Part shown: positions 1 through 13,659 of the stretch, piece by piece
How the letters are laid out: every line of letters begins with the position of its first letter
Position numbering within the stretch: the first letter of the stretch is position 1
Assembly (NCBI GenBank): GCA_964057225.1
Contig: OZ059897.1
Location: 930,001-994,000 of the forward strand
DNA length: 64,000 nt
Direction of reading: 5' to 3'
Source of the DNA: Auanema rhodensis
Taxonomy: Eukaryota > Animalia > Nematoda
The notes under the pieces: generated by a model
What the model saw: only the letters and a program-made list of their open reading frames with translations
The model's database searches: none
What the model was told of the DNA's origin: nothing
Program-made: the position numbers and the translations under genes

Positions 1-3000
1 TCAATTTTTATGAGAATTTTCATCATCTTACAACAAATTCAATTGAATCTAACATGAAATAATTTTTCGTTTTGAAAAGCATTGAATATCATTGTTCCTT
101 ATAATATTGGATTTGATTATTACTTTGTTAGCTTTATGATTTTTGCTACTGTATAGCTTCAGTTTGCTGCTCTAGCTGGTTTTCAATTTTTATTAGATTT
201 TTCATCATCTTACAACAAATTCAATTGAATCTAACATGAAATAATTATTCGTTTTGAAAAGCATTGAATATCATTGTTCCTTGTAATAATTGATTTGAAT
301 ATTGCTTCGTTAGTTTTATGATTTTTGCTACTGTATAGCTTCAGTTTGCTGCTCTAGCTGGTTTTTAATTTTTATGAGATTTTTCATCATCTTACAACAA
401 ATTCAATTGAATCTAACATGAAATAATTATTCGTTTTGAAAAGCATTGAATATCATTGTTCCTTATAATATTGGATTTGAATATTGCTTCGTTAGTTTTA
501 TGATTTTTGCTACTACATGTCATGTGTTTACTGCTCTAGCTGGTTTTCAATTTTTATGAGATTTTTCATCATCTTACAACAAATTCAATTGAATCTAACA
601 TGAATCATTTTTTCGTTTTGAAAAGCATTGAATATCATTGTTCCTTGTAATATTGGATTTGATTATTTCTTTGTTAGCTTTATGATTTTTGCTACTGTTT
701 AGCTTCAGTTTGCTGCTCTAGCTGGTTTTCCATTTTTATGAGATTTTTCATCATCTTATAACAAATTCAATTGAATCTAACATGAATTATTTTTTCGTTT
801 TGAAAAGCATTGAATATCATTGTTCCTTATAATATTGGATTTGAATATTGCTTCGTTAGTTTTATGATTTTTGCTACTGTATAGCTTCAGTTTGCTGCTC
901 TAGCTGGTTTTCAATTTTTATGAGATTTTTCATCATCTTACAACAAATTCAATTGAATCTAACATGAAATAATTATTCGTTTTGAAAAGCATTGAATATC
1001 ATTGTTCCTTGTAATATTGGATTTGAATATTGCTTCGTTTGTTTTAAGATTTTGCTACTGCATAGCTTCAGTTTGCTGCTCTAGCTGGTTTTCAATTTTT
1101 ATGAGATTTTTCATCATCTTACAACAAATTCAATTGAATCTAACATGAAATAATTTTTCGTTTTGAAAAGCATTGAATATCATTGTTCCTTGTAATATTG
1201 GATTTGATTATTGCTTTGTTAGCTTTATGATTTTTGCTACTGTATAGCTTCAGTTTGCTGCTCTAGCTGGTTTTCAATTTTTATGAGATTTTTCATCATC
1301 TTACAACAAATTCAATTGAATCTAACATGAAATAATTTTTCGTTTTGAAAAGCATTGAATATCATTGTTCCTTATAATATTGGATTTGATTATTACTTTG
1401 TTAGCTTTATGATTTTGCTACTGTATAGCTTCAGTTTGCTGCTCTAGCTGGTTTTCAATTTTTATGAGAATTTTCATCATCTTACAACAAATTCAATTGA
1501 ATCTAACATGAAATAATTTTTCGTTTTGAAAAGCATTGAATATCATTGTTCCTTATAATATTGGATTTGATTATTACTTTGTTAGCTTTATGATTTTTGC
1601 TACTGTATAGCTTCAGTTTGCTGCTCTAGCTGGTTTTCAATTTTTATTAGATTTTTCATCATCTTACAACAAATTCAATTGAATCTAACATGAAATAATT
1701 ATTCGTTTTGAAAAGCATTGAATATCATTGTTCCTTGTAATAATTGATTTGAATATTGCTTCGTTAGTTTTATGATTTTTGCTACTGTATAGCTTCAGTT
1801 TGCTGCTCTAGCTGGTTTTTAATTTTTATGAGATTTTTCATCATCTTACAACAAATTCAATTGAATCTAACATGAAATAATTATTCGTTTTGAAAAGCAT
1901 TGAATATCATTGTTCCTTATAATATTGGATTTGAATATTGCTTCGTTAGTTTTATGATTTTTGCTACTACATGTCATGTGTTTACTGCTCTAGCTGGTTT
2001 TCAATTTTTATGAGATTTTTCATCATCTTACAACAAATTCAATTGAATCTAACATGAATCATTTTTTCGTTTTGAAAAGCATTGAATATCATTGTTCCTT
2101 GTAATATTGGATTTGATTATTTCTTTGTTAGCTTTATGATTTTTGCTACTGTTTAGCTTCAGTTTGCTGCTCTAGCTGGTTTTCCATTTTTATGAGATTT
2201 TTCATCATCTTATAACAAATTCAATTGAATCTAACATGAATTATTTTTTCGTTTTGAAAAGCATTGAATATCATTGTTCCTTGTAATATTGGATTTGATT
2301 ATTACTTTGTTAGCTTTATGATTTTGCTACTGTATAGCTTCAGTTTGCTGCTCTAGCTGGTTTTCAATTTTTATGAGAATTTTCATCATCTTACAACAAA
2401 TTCAATTGAATCTAACATGAAATAATTTTTCGTTTTGAAAAGCATTGAATATCATTGTTCCTTATAATATTGGATTTGAATATTGCTTCGTTAGTTTTAT
2501 GATTTTTGCTACTACATGTCATGTGTTTACTGCTCTAGCTGGTTTTCAATTTTTATGAGATTTTTCATCATCTTACAACAAATTCAATTGAATCTAACAT
2601 GAAATAATTTTTCGTTTTGAAAAGCATTGAATATCATTGTTCCTTATAATATTGGATTTGAATATTGCTTCGTTAGTTTTATGATTTTTGCTACTGTATA
2701 GCTTCAGTTTGCTGCTCTAGCTGGTTTTCAATTTTTATGAGATTTTTCATCATCTTACAACAAATTCAATTGAATCTAACATGAAATAATTATTCGTTTT
2801 GAAAAGCATTGAATATCATTGTTCCTTGTAATATTGGATTTGAATATTGCTTCGTTTGTTTTAAGATTTTGCTACTGCATAGCTTCAGTTTGCTGCTCTA
2901 GCTGGTTTTCAATTTTTATGAGATTTTTCATCATCTTACAACAAATTCAATTGAATCTAACATGAAATAATTTTTCGTTTTGAAAAGCATTGAATATCAT

Positions 3001-6000
3001 TGTTCCTTGTAATATTGGATTTGATTATTGCTTTGTTAGCTTTATGATTTTTGCTACTGTATAGCTTCAGTTTGCTGCTCTAGCTGGTTTTCAATTTTTA
3101 TGAGATTTTTCATCATCTTACAACAAATTCAATTGAATCTAACATGAAATAATTTTTCGTTTTGAAAAGCATTGAATATCATTGTTCCTTATAATATTGG
3201 ATTTGAATATTGCTTCGTTAGTTTTATGATTTTTGCTACTACATGTCATGTGTTTACTGCTCTAGCTGGTTTTCAATTTTTATGAGATTTTTCATCATCT
3301 TACAACAAATTCAATTGAATCTAACATGAATTATTTTTTCGTTTTGAAAAGCATTGAATATCATTGTTCCTTGTAATATTGGATTTGATTATTACTTTGT
3401 TAGCTTTATGATTTTGCTACTGTATAGCTTCAGTTTGCTGCTCTAGCTGGTTTTCAATTTTTATGAGAATTTTCATCATCTTACAACAAATTCAATTGAA
3501 TCTAACATGAAATAATTTTTCGTTTTGAAAAGCATTGAATATCATTGTTCTTTATAATATTGGATTTGATTATTACTTTGTTAGCTTTATGATTTTTGCT
3601 ACTGTATAGCTTCAGTTTGCTGCTCTAGCTGGTTTTCAATTTTTATGAGATTTTTCATCATCTTACAACAAATTCAATTGAATCTAACATGAATTATTTT
3701 TTCGTTTTGAAAAGCATTGAATATCATTGTTCCTTGTAATATTGGATTTGATTATTGCTTTGTTAGCTTTATGATTTTTGCTACTGTATAGCTTCAGTTT
3801 GCTGCTCTAGCTGGTTTTCAATTTTTATTAGATTTTTCATCATCTTACAACAAATTCAATTGAATCTAACATGAAATAATTATTCGTTTTGAAAAGCATT
3901 GAATATCATTGTTCCTTGTAATAATTGATTTGAATATTGCTTCGTTTGTTTTAAGATTTTGCTACTGCATAGCTTCAGTTTGCTGCTCTAGCTGGTTTTC
4001 AATTTTTATTAGATTTTTCATCATCTTACAACAAATTCAATTGAATGTAACATGAATTATTTTTTCGTTTTGAAAAGCATTGAATATCATTGTTCCTTAT
4101 AATATTGGATTTGAATATTGCTTCGTTAGTTTTATGATTTTTGCTACTGTATAGCTTCAGTTTGCTGCTCTAGCTGGTTTTTAATTTTTATGAGATTTTT
4201 CATCATCTTACAACAAATTCAATTGAATCTAACATGAAATAATTATTCGTTTTGAAAAGCATTGAATATCATTGTTCCTTATAATATTGGATTTGAATAT
4301 TGCTTCGTTAGTTTTATGATTTTTGCTACTACATGTCATGTGTTTACTGCTCTAGCTGGTTTTCAATTTTTATGAGATTTTTCATCATCTTACAACAAAT
4401 TCAATTGAATCTAACATGAAATAATTTTTCGTTTTGAAAAGCATTGAATATCATTGTTCCTTATAATATTGGATTTGAATATTGCTTCGTTAGTTTTATG
4501 ATTTTTGCTACTACATGTCATGTGTTTACTGCTCTAGCTGGTTTTCAATTTTTATGAGATTTTTCATCATCTTACAACAAATTCAATTGAATCTAACATG
4601 AATTATTTTTTCGTTTTGAAAAGCATTGAATATCATTGTTCCTTGTAATATTGGATTTGATTATTACTTTGTTAGCTTTATGATTTTGCTACTGTATAGC
4701 TTCAGTTTGCTGCTCTAGCTGGTTTTCAATTTTTATGAGAATTTTCATCATCTTACAACAAATTCAATTGAATCTAACATGAAATAATTTTTCGTTTTGA
4801 AAAGCATTGAATATCATTGTTCTTTATAATATTGGATTTGATTATTACTTTGTTAGCTTTATGATTTTTGCTACTGTATAGCTTCAGTTTGCTGCTCTAG
4901 CTGGTTTTCAATTTTTATTAGATTTTTCATCATCTTACAACAAATTCAATTGAATCTAACATGAAATAATTATTCGTTTTGAAAAGCATTGAATATCATT
5001 GTTCCTTGTAATAATTGATTTGAATATTGCTTCGTTTGTTTTAAGATTTTGCTACTGCATAGCTTCAGTTTGCTGCTCTAGCTGGTTTTCAATTTTTATT
5101 AGATTTTTCATCATCTTACAACAAATTCAATTGAATGTAACATGAATTATTTTTTCGTTTTGAAAAGCATTGAATATCATTGTTCCTTATAATATTGGAT
5201 TTGAATATTGCTTCGTTAGTTTTATGATTTTTGCTACTGTATAGCTTCAGTTTGCTGCTCTAGCTGGTTTTTAATTTTTATGAGATTTTTCATCATCTTA
5301 CAACAAATTCAATTGAATCTAACATGAAATAATTATTCGTTTTGAAAAGCATTGAATATCATTGTTCCTTATAATATTGGATTTGAATATTGCTTCGTTA
5401 GTTTTATGATTTTTGCTACTACATGTCATGTGTTTACTGCTCTAGCTGGTTTTCAATTTTTATGAGATTTTTCATCATCTTACAACAAATTCAATTGAAT
5501 CTAACATGAATCATTTTTTCGTTTTGAAAAGCATTGAATATCATTGTTCCTTGTAATATTGGATTTGATTATTTCTTTGTTAGCTTTATGATTTTTGCTA
5601 CTGTATAGCTTCAGTTTGCTGCTCTAGCTGGTTTTCAATTTTTATGAGAATTTTCATCATCTTACAACAAATTCAATTGAATCTAACATGAATTATTTTT
5701 TCGTTTTGAAAAGCATTGAATATCATTGTTCCTTGTAATATTGGATTTGATTATTACTTTGTTAGCTTTATGATTTTTGCTACTACATGTCATGTGTTTA
5801 CTGCTCTAGCTGGTTTTCAATTTTTATGAGATTTTTCATCATCTTACAACAAATTCAATTGAATCTAACATGAATTATTTTTTCGTTTTGAAAAGCATTG
5901 AATATCATTGTTCCTTGTAATATTGGATTTGATTATTGCTTTGTTAGCTTTATGATTTTTGCTACTGTATAGCTTCAGTTTGCTGCTCTAGCTGGTTTTC

Positions 6001-9000
6001 AATTTTTATTAGATTTTTCATCATCTTACAACAAATTCAATTGAATCTAACATGAAATAATTATTCGTTTTGAAAAGCATTGAATATCATTGTTCCTTGT
6101 AATAATTGATTTGAATATTGCTTCGTTTGTTTTAAGATTTTGCTACTGCTTAGCTTCAGTTTGCTGCTCTAGCTGGTTTTCAATTTTTATTAGATTTTTC
6201 ATCATCTTACAACAAATTCAATTGAATGTAACATGAATTATTTTTTCGTTTTGAAAAGCATTGAATATCATTGTTCCTTATAATATTGGATTTGAATATT
6301 GCTTCGTTAGTTTTATGATTTTTGCTACTGTATAGCTTCAGTTTGCTGCTCTAGCTGGTTTTTAATTTTTATGAGATTTTTCATCATCTTACAACAAATT
6401 CAATTGAATCTAACATGAAATAATTATTCGTTTTGAAAAGCATTGAATATCATTGTTCCTTATAATATTGGATTTGAATATTGCTTCGTTAGTTTTATGA
6501 TTTTTGCTACTGTATAGCTTCAGTTTGCTGCTCTAGCTGGTTTTCAATTTTTATTAGATTTTTCATCATCTTACAACAAATTCAATTGAATCTAACATGA
6601 AATAATTATTCGTTTTGAAAAGCATTGAATATCATTGTTCCTTGTAATAATTGATTTGAATATTGCTTCGTTTGTTTTAAGATTTTGCTACTGCATAGCT
6701 TCAGTTTGCTGCTCTAGCTGGTTTTCAATTTTTATTAGATTTTTCATCATCTTACAACAAATTCAATTGAATGTAACATGAATTATTTTTTCGTTTTGAA
6801 AAGCATTGAATATCATTGTTCCTTATAATATTGGATTTGAATATTGCTTCGTTAGTTTTATGATTTTTGCTACTGTATAGCTTCAGTTTGCTGCTCTAGC
6901 TGGTTTTTAATTTTTATGAGATTTTTCATCATCTTACAACAAATTCAATTGAATCTAACATGAAATAATTATTCGTTTTGAAAAGCATTGAATATCATTG
7001 TTCCTTATAATATTGGATTTGAATATTGCTTCGTTAGTTTTATGATTTTTGCTACTACATGTCATGTGTTTACTGCTCTAGCTGGTTTTCAATTTTTATG
7101 AGATTTTTCATCATCTTACAACAAATTCAATTGAATCTAACATGAATCATTTTTTCGTTTTGAAAAGCATTGAATATCATTGTTCCTTGTAATATTGGAT
7201 TTGATTATTTCTTTGTTAGCTTTATGATTTTTGCTACTGTATAGCTTCAGTTTGCTGCTCTAGCTGGTTTTCAATTTTTATGAGAATTTTCATCATCTTA
7301 CAACAAATTCAATTGAATCTAACATGAATTATTTTTTCGTTTTGAAAAGCATTGAATATCATTGTTCCTTGTAATATTGGATTTGATTATTACTTTGTTA
7401 GCTTTATGATTTTTGCTACTACATGTCATGTGTTTACTGCTCTAGCTGGTTTTCAATTTTTATGAGATTTTTCATCATCTTACAACAAATTCAATTGAAT
7501 CTAACATGAATTATTTTTTCGTTTTGAAAAGCATTGAATATCATTGTTCCTTGTAATATTGGATTTGATTATTGCTTTGTTAGCTTTATGATTTTTGCTA
7601 CTGTATAGCTTCAGTTTGCTGCTCTAGCTGGTTTTCAATTTTTATTAGATTTTTCATCATCTTACAACAAATTCAATTGAATCTAACATGAAATAATTAT
7701 TCGTTTTGAAAAGCATTGAATATCATTGTTCCTTATAATATTGGATTTGAATATTGCTTCGTTAGTTTTATGATTTTTGCTACTACATGTCATGTGTTTA
7801 CTGCTCTAGCTGGTTTTCAATTTTTATGAGATTTTTCATCATCTTACAACAAATTCAATTGAATCTAACATGAAATAATTATTCGTTTTGAAAAGCATTG
7901 AATATCATTGTTCCTTGTAATATTGGATTTGATTATTGCTTTGTTAGCTTTATGATTTTTGCTACTGTATAGCTTCAGTTTGCTGCTCTAGCTGGTTTTC
8001 AATTTTTATTAGATTTTTCATCATCTTACAACAAATTCAATTGAATCTAACATGAAATAATTATTCGTTTTGAAAAGCATTGAATATCATTGTTCCTTGT
8101 AATAATTGATTTGAATATTGCTTCGTTTGTTTTAAGATTTTGCTACTGCTTAGCTTCAGTTTGCTGCTCTAGCTGGTTTTCAATTTTTATTAGATTTTTC
8201 ATCATCTTACAACAAATTCAATTGAATGTAACATGAATTATTTTTTCGTTTTGAAAAGCATTGAATATCATTGTTCCTTATAATATTGGATTTGAATATT
8301 GCTTCGTTAGTTTTATGATTTTTGCTACTGTATAGCTTCAGTTTGCTGCTCTAGCTGGTTTTTAATTTTTATGAGATTTTTCATCATCTTACAACAAATT
8401 CAATTGAATCTAACATGAAATAATTATTCGTTTTGAAAAGCATTGAATATCATTGTTCCTTATAATATTGGATTTGAATATTGCTTCGTTAGTTTTATGA
8501 TTTTTGCTACTACATGTCATGTGTTTACTGCTCTAGCTGGTTTTCAATTTTTATGAGATTTTTCATCATCTTACAACAAATTCAATTGAATCTAACATGA
8601 ATCATTTTTTCGTTTTGAAAAGCATTGAATATCATTGTTCCTTGTAATATTGGATTTGATTATTTCTTTGTTAGCTTTATGATTTTTGCTACTGTACAGC
8701 TTCAGTTTGCTGCTCTAGCTGGTTTTCAATTTTTATGAGATTTTTCATCATCTTACAACAAATTCAATTGAATCTAACATGAAATAATTATTCGTTTTGA
8801 AAAGCATTGAATATTATTGTTCCTTATAATATTGGATTTGAATATTGCTTCGTTAGTTTTATGATTTTTGCTACTACATGTCATGTGTTTACTGCTCTAG
8901 CTGGTTTTCAATTTTTATGAGATTTTTCATCATCTTACAACAAATTCAATTGAATCTAACATGAATTATTGTTTTGTTTTGAAAACCATTGAATATCATT

Positions 9001-10380
9001 GTTCCTTGTAATATTGGATTTGATTATTGCTTTGTTAGCTTTATGATTTTTGCTACTGTATAGCTTCAGTTTGCTGCTCTAGCTGGTTTTCAATTTTTAT
9101 GAGATTTTTCATCATCTTACAACAAATTCAATTGAATCTAACATGAAATAATTATTCGTTTTGAAAAGCATTGAATATCATTGTTCCTTATAATATTGGA
9201 TTTGAATATTGCTTCGTTAGTTTTATGATTTTTGCTACTACATGTCATGTGTTTAGTGCTCTAGCTGGTTTTCAATTTTTATGAGATTTTTCATCATCTT
9301 ACAACAAATTCAATTGAATCTAACATGAATTATTTTTTCGTTTTGAAAAGCATTGAATATCATTGTTCCTTGTAATATTGGATTTGATTATTGCTTTGTT
9401 AGCTTTATGATTTTGCTACTGTATAGCTTCAGTTTGCTGCTCTAGCTGGTTTTCAATTTTTATGAGAATTTTCATCATCTTACAACAAATTCAATTGAAT
9501 CTAACATGAAATAATTTTTCGTTTTGAAAAGCATTGAATATCATTGTTCCTTATAATATTGGATTTGAATATTGCTTCGTTAGTTTTATGATTTTTGCTA
9601 CTACATGTCATGTGTTTACTGCTCTAGCTGGTTTTCAATTTTTATGAGATTTTTCATCATCTTACAACAAATTCAATTGAATCTAACATGAATTATTTTT
9701 TCGTTTTGAAAAGCATTGAATATCATTGTTCCTTGTAATATTGGATTTGATTATTGCTTTGTTAGCGTTATGATTTTGCTACTGTATAGCTTCAGTTTGC
9801 TGCTCTAGCTGGTTTTCAATTTTTATGAGAATTTTCATCATCTTACAACAAATTCAATTGAATCTAACATGAAATAATTTTTCGTTTTGAAAAGCATTGA
9901 ATATCATTGTTCCTTATAATATTGGATTTGAATATTGCTTCGTTAGTTTTATGATTTTTGCTACTACATGTCATGTGTTTACTGCTCTAGCTGGTTTTCA
10001 ATTTTTATGACATTTTTCATCATCTTACAACAAATTCAATTGAATCTAACATGAATTATTTTTTCGTTTTGAAAAGCATTGAATATCATTGTTCCTTGTA
10101 ATATTGGATTTGATTATTGCTTTGTTAGCTTTATGATTTTTGCTACTGTATAGCTTCAGTTTGCTGCTCTAGCTGGTTTTCAATTTTTATGAGATTTTTC
10201 ATCATCTTATAACAAATTCAATTGAATCTAACATGAAATAATTTTTCGTTTTGAAAAGCATTGAATATCATTGTTCCTTATAATATTGGATTTGAATATT
10301 GCTTCGTTAGTTTTATGATTTTTGCTACTACATGTCATGTGTTTGCTGCTCTAGCTGGTTTTCAATTTTTATTAGATTTT
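1..10380 (+). repeat. Homogeneous sub-domain of satellite A with short, variable higher-order repeats (3-, 6- and 8-mers)
   Basis: The block at 1-~820 recurs 1454 bp later (8 monomers; TTCCATT marker at 730 and 2184). The GAATGTAAC marker occurs at 4043, 5133, 6224, 6769 and 8224 (spacings of 6, 6, 3 and 8 monomers). The right boundary is approximate. Confidence 0.8.
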
Positions 10381-13300
10381 TCACCATCTTGCAACGAATT
10401 CATTTGAATCTAATATGAACTATTTTTTCGTTTTGAAAAGCATTGAATATCATTGTTCCTTATAATATTGGATTTGAATATTGCTTCGTTAGTTTTATGA
10501 TTTTTGCTACTGTATAGCTTCAGTTTGCTGCTCTAGCTGGTTTTCAATTTTTATGAGATTTTTCATCATCTTACAACAAATTCAATTGAATCTAACATGA
10601 AATAATTATTCGTTTTGAAAAGCATTGAATATCATTGTTCCTTATAATATTGGATTTGAATATTGCTTCGTTAGTTTTATGATTTTTGCTACTGTATAGC
10701 TTCAGTTTGCTGCTCTAGCTGGTTTTCAATTTTTATGAGATTTTTCATCATCTTATAACAAATTCAATTGAATCTAACATGAATTATTTTTTCGTTTTGA
10801 AAAGCATTGAATATCATTGTTCCTTGTAATATTCGATTTGATTATTGCTTTGTTAGCTTTATGATTTTTGCTACTGTATAGCTTCAGTTTGCTGCTCTAG
10901 CTGGTTTTCAATTTTTATGAGATTTTTCACCATCTTGCAACAAATTCATTTGAATCTAATATGAACTATTTTTCCGTTTCAAATAGTAGTGAATATCATT
11001 GTTTCTTGTAATAATGGATTTGAATACTGCTTTGTTAGCTTTAAGATGTTTGCTACTGTATAGCTTCAGTTTACTGCTCTAGCTGGTTTTCAATTTTTAT
11101 GAGATTTTTCATCATCTTACAAAAAATTCAATTGAATCTAACATGAAATAATTATTCGTTTTGAAAAGCATTAAATATCATTGTTCCTTATAATATTGGA
11201 TTTGAATATTGCTTCGTTAGTTTTATGATTTTTGCTACTACATGTCATGTGTTTACTGCTCTAGCTGGTTTTCAATTTTTATGAGATTTTTCATCATCTT
11301 ACAACAAATTCAATTGAATCTAACATGAATTATTGTTTTGTTTTGAAAACCATTGAATATCATTGTTCCTTGTAATATTGGATTTGATTATTGCTTTGTT
11401 AGCTTTAAGATGTTTGCTACTGTATAGCTGCAGTTTGCTGCTCTAGCTGGTTTTCAATTTTTATTAGATTTTTCATCATCTTACAAAAAATTCAATTGAA
11501 TCTAACATGAAATAATTATTCGTTTTGAAAAGCATTAAATATCATTGTTCCTTATAATATTGGATTTGAATATTGCTTCGTTAGTTTTATGATTTTTGCT
11601 ACTACATGTCATGTGTTTACTGCTCTAGCTGGTTTTCAATTTTTATGAGATTTTTCATCATCTTACAACAAATTCAATTGAATCTAACATGAATTATTGT
11701 TTTGTTTTGAAAACCATTGAATATCATTGTTCCTTGTAATATTGGATTTGATTATTGCTTTGTTAGCTTTAAGATGTTTGCTACTGTATAGCTGCAGTTT
11801 GCTGCTCTAGCTGGTTTTCAATTTTTATTAGATTTTTCACCATCTTGCAACAAATTCGTTTGAATCTAATATGAACTATTTTTCCGTTTCAAATAGTAGT
11901 GAATATCATTGTTTCTTGTAATATTGGATTTGAATATTGCTTTGTTTGCTTTAAGATTTTTGCTTCTGCATAGCTTCAGTTTACTGCTCTAGCTGGTTTT
12001 CAATTTTTATGAGATTTTTCATCATCTTACAACAAATTCATTTGAATCTAATATGAATTTTTTTTTTTAAAAAGCATCGAATATCATTATTTCTTGTAAT
12101 GATGGATTTGAATATTGCTTTGTTAGCTTTAAGATGTTTGCTACTGTATAGCTGCAGTTTGCTGCTCTAGCTGGTTTTCAATTTTTATGAGATTTTTCAT
12201 CATCTTACAACAAATTCAATTGAATCTAACATGAAATAATTATTCGTTTTGAAAAGCATTGAATATCATTGTTCCTTATAATATTGGATTTGAATATTGC
12301 TTCGTTAGTTTTATGATTTTTGCTACTACATGTCATGTGTTTACTGCTCTAGCTGGTTTTCAATTTTTATGAGATTTTTCATCATCTTACAACAAATTCA
12401 ATTGAATCTAACATGAATCATTTTTTCGTTTTGAAAAGCATTGAATATCATTGTTCCTTGTAATATTGGATTTGATTATTTCTTTGTTAGCTTTATGATT
12501 TTTGCTACTGTATAGCTTCAGTTTGCTGCTCTAGCTGGTTTTCAATTTTTATGAGAATTTTCATCATCTTACAACAAATTCAATTGAATCTAACATGAAT
12601 TATTTTTTCGTTTTGAAAACCATTGAATATCATTGTTCCTTGTAATATTGGATTTGATTATTGCTTTGTTAGCTTTAAGATGTTTGCTACTACATGTCAT
12701 GTGTTTGCTGCTCTAGCTGGTTTTCAATTTTTATTAGATTTTTCACCATCTTGCAACAAATTCATTTGAATCTAATATGAACTATTTTTTCGTTTTGAAA
12801 AGCATTGAATATCATTGTTCCTTGTAATATTGGATTTGATTATTACTTTGTTAGCTTTATGATTTTTGCTACTACATGTCATGTGTTTACTGCTCTAGCT
12901 GGTTTTCAATTTTTATGAGATTTTTCATCATCTTACAACAAATTCAATTGAATCTAACATGAATCATTTTTTCGTTTTGAAAAGCATTGAATATCATTGT
13001 TCCTTGTAATATTGGATTTGATTATTACTTTGTTAGCTTTATGATTTTTGCTACTACATGTCATGTGTTTACTGCTCTAGCTGGTTTTCAATTTTTATGA
13101 GATTTTTCATCATCTTACAACAAATTCAATTGAATCTAACATGAATTATTTTTTCGTTTTGAAAAGCATTGAATATCATTGTTCCTTGTAATATTGGATT
13201 TGATTATTGCTTTGTTAGCTTTATGATTTTTGCTACTGTATAGCTTCAGTTTGCTGCTCTAGCTGGTTTTCAATTTTTATTAGATTTTTCATCATCTTAC

Positions 13301-13659
13301 AACAAATTCAATTGAATCTAACATGAAATAATTATTCGTTTTGAAAAGCATTGAATATCATTGTTCCTTGTAATAATTGATTTGAATATTGCTTCGTTTG
13401 TTTTAAGATTTTGCTACTGCTTAGCTTCAGTTTGCTGCTCTAGCTGGTTTTCAATTTTTATTAGATTTTTCATCATCTTACAACAAATTCAATTGAATGT
13501 AACATGAATTATTTTTTCGTTTTGAAAAGCATTGAATATCATTGTTCCTTATAATATTGGATTTGAATATTGCTTCGTTAGTTTTATGATTTTTGCTACT
13601 GTATAGCTTCAGTTTGCTGCTCTAGCTGGTTTTTAATTTTTATGAGATTTTTCATCATC

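Noticed and set aside
60-85. CENP-B box-like motif (TTCGTTTTGAAA in A; TTCGTTGAAT and TTCGGGA on the minus strand of B)
   Set aside because: None has the full TTCG-N4-A-N2-CGGG spacing. Only half-sites are present.
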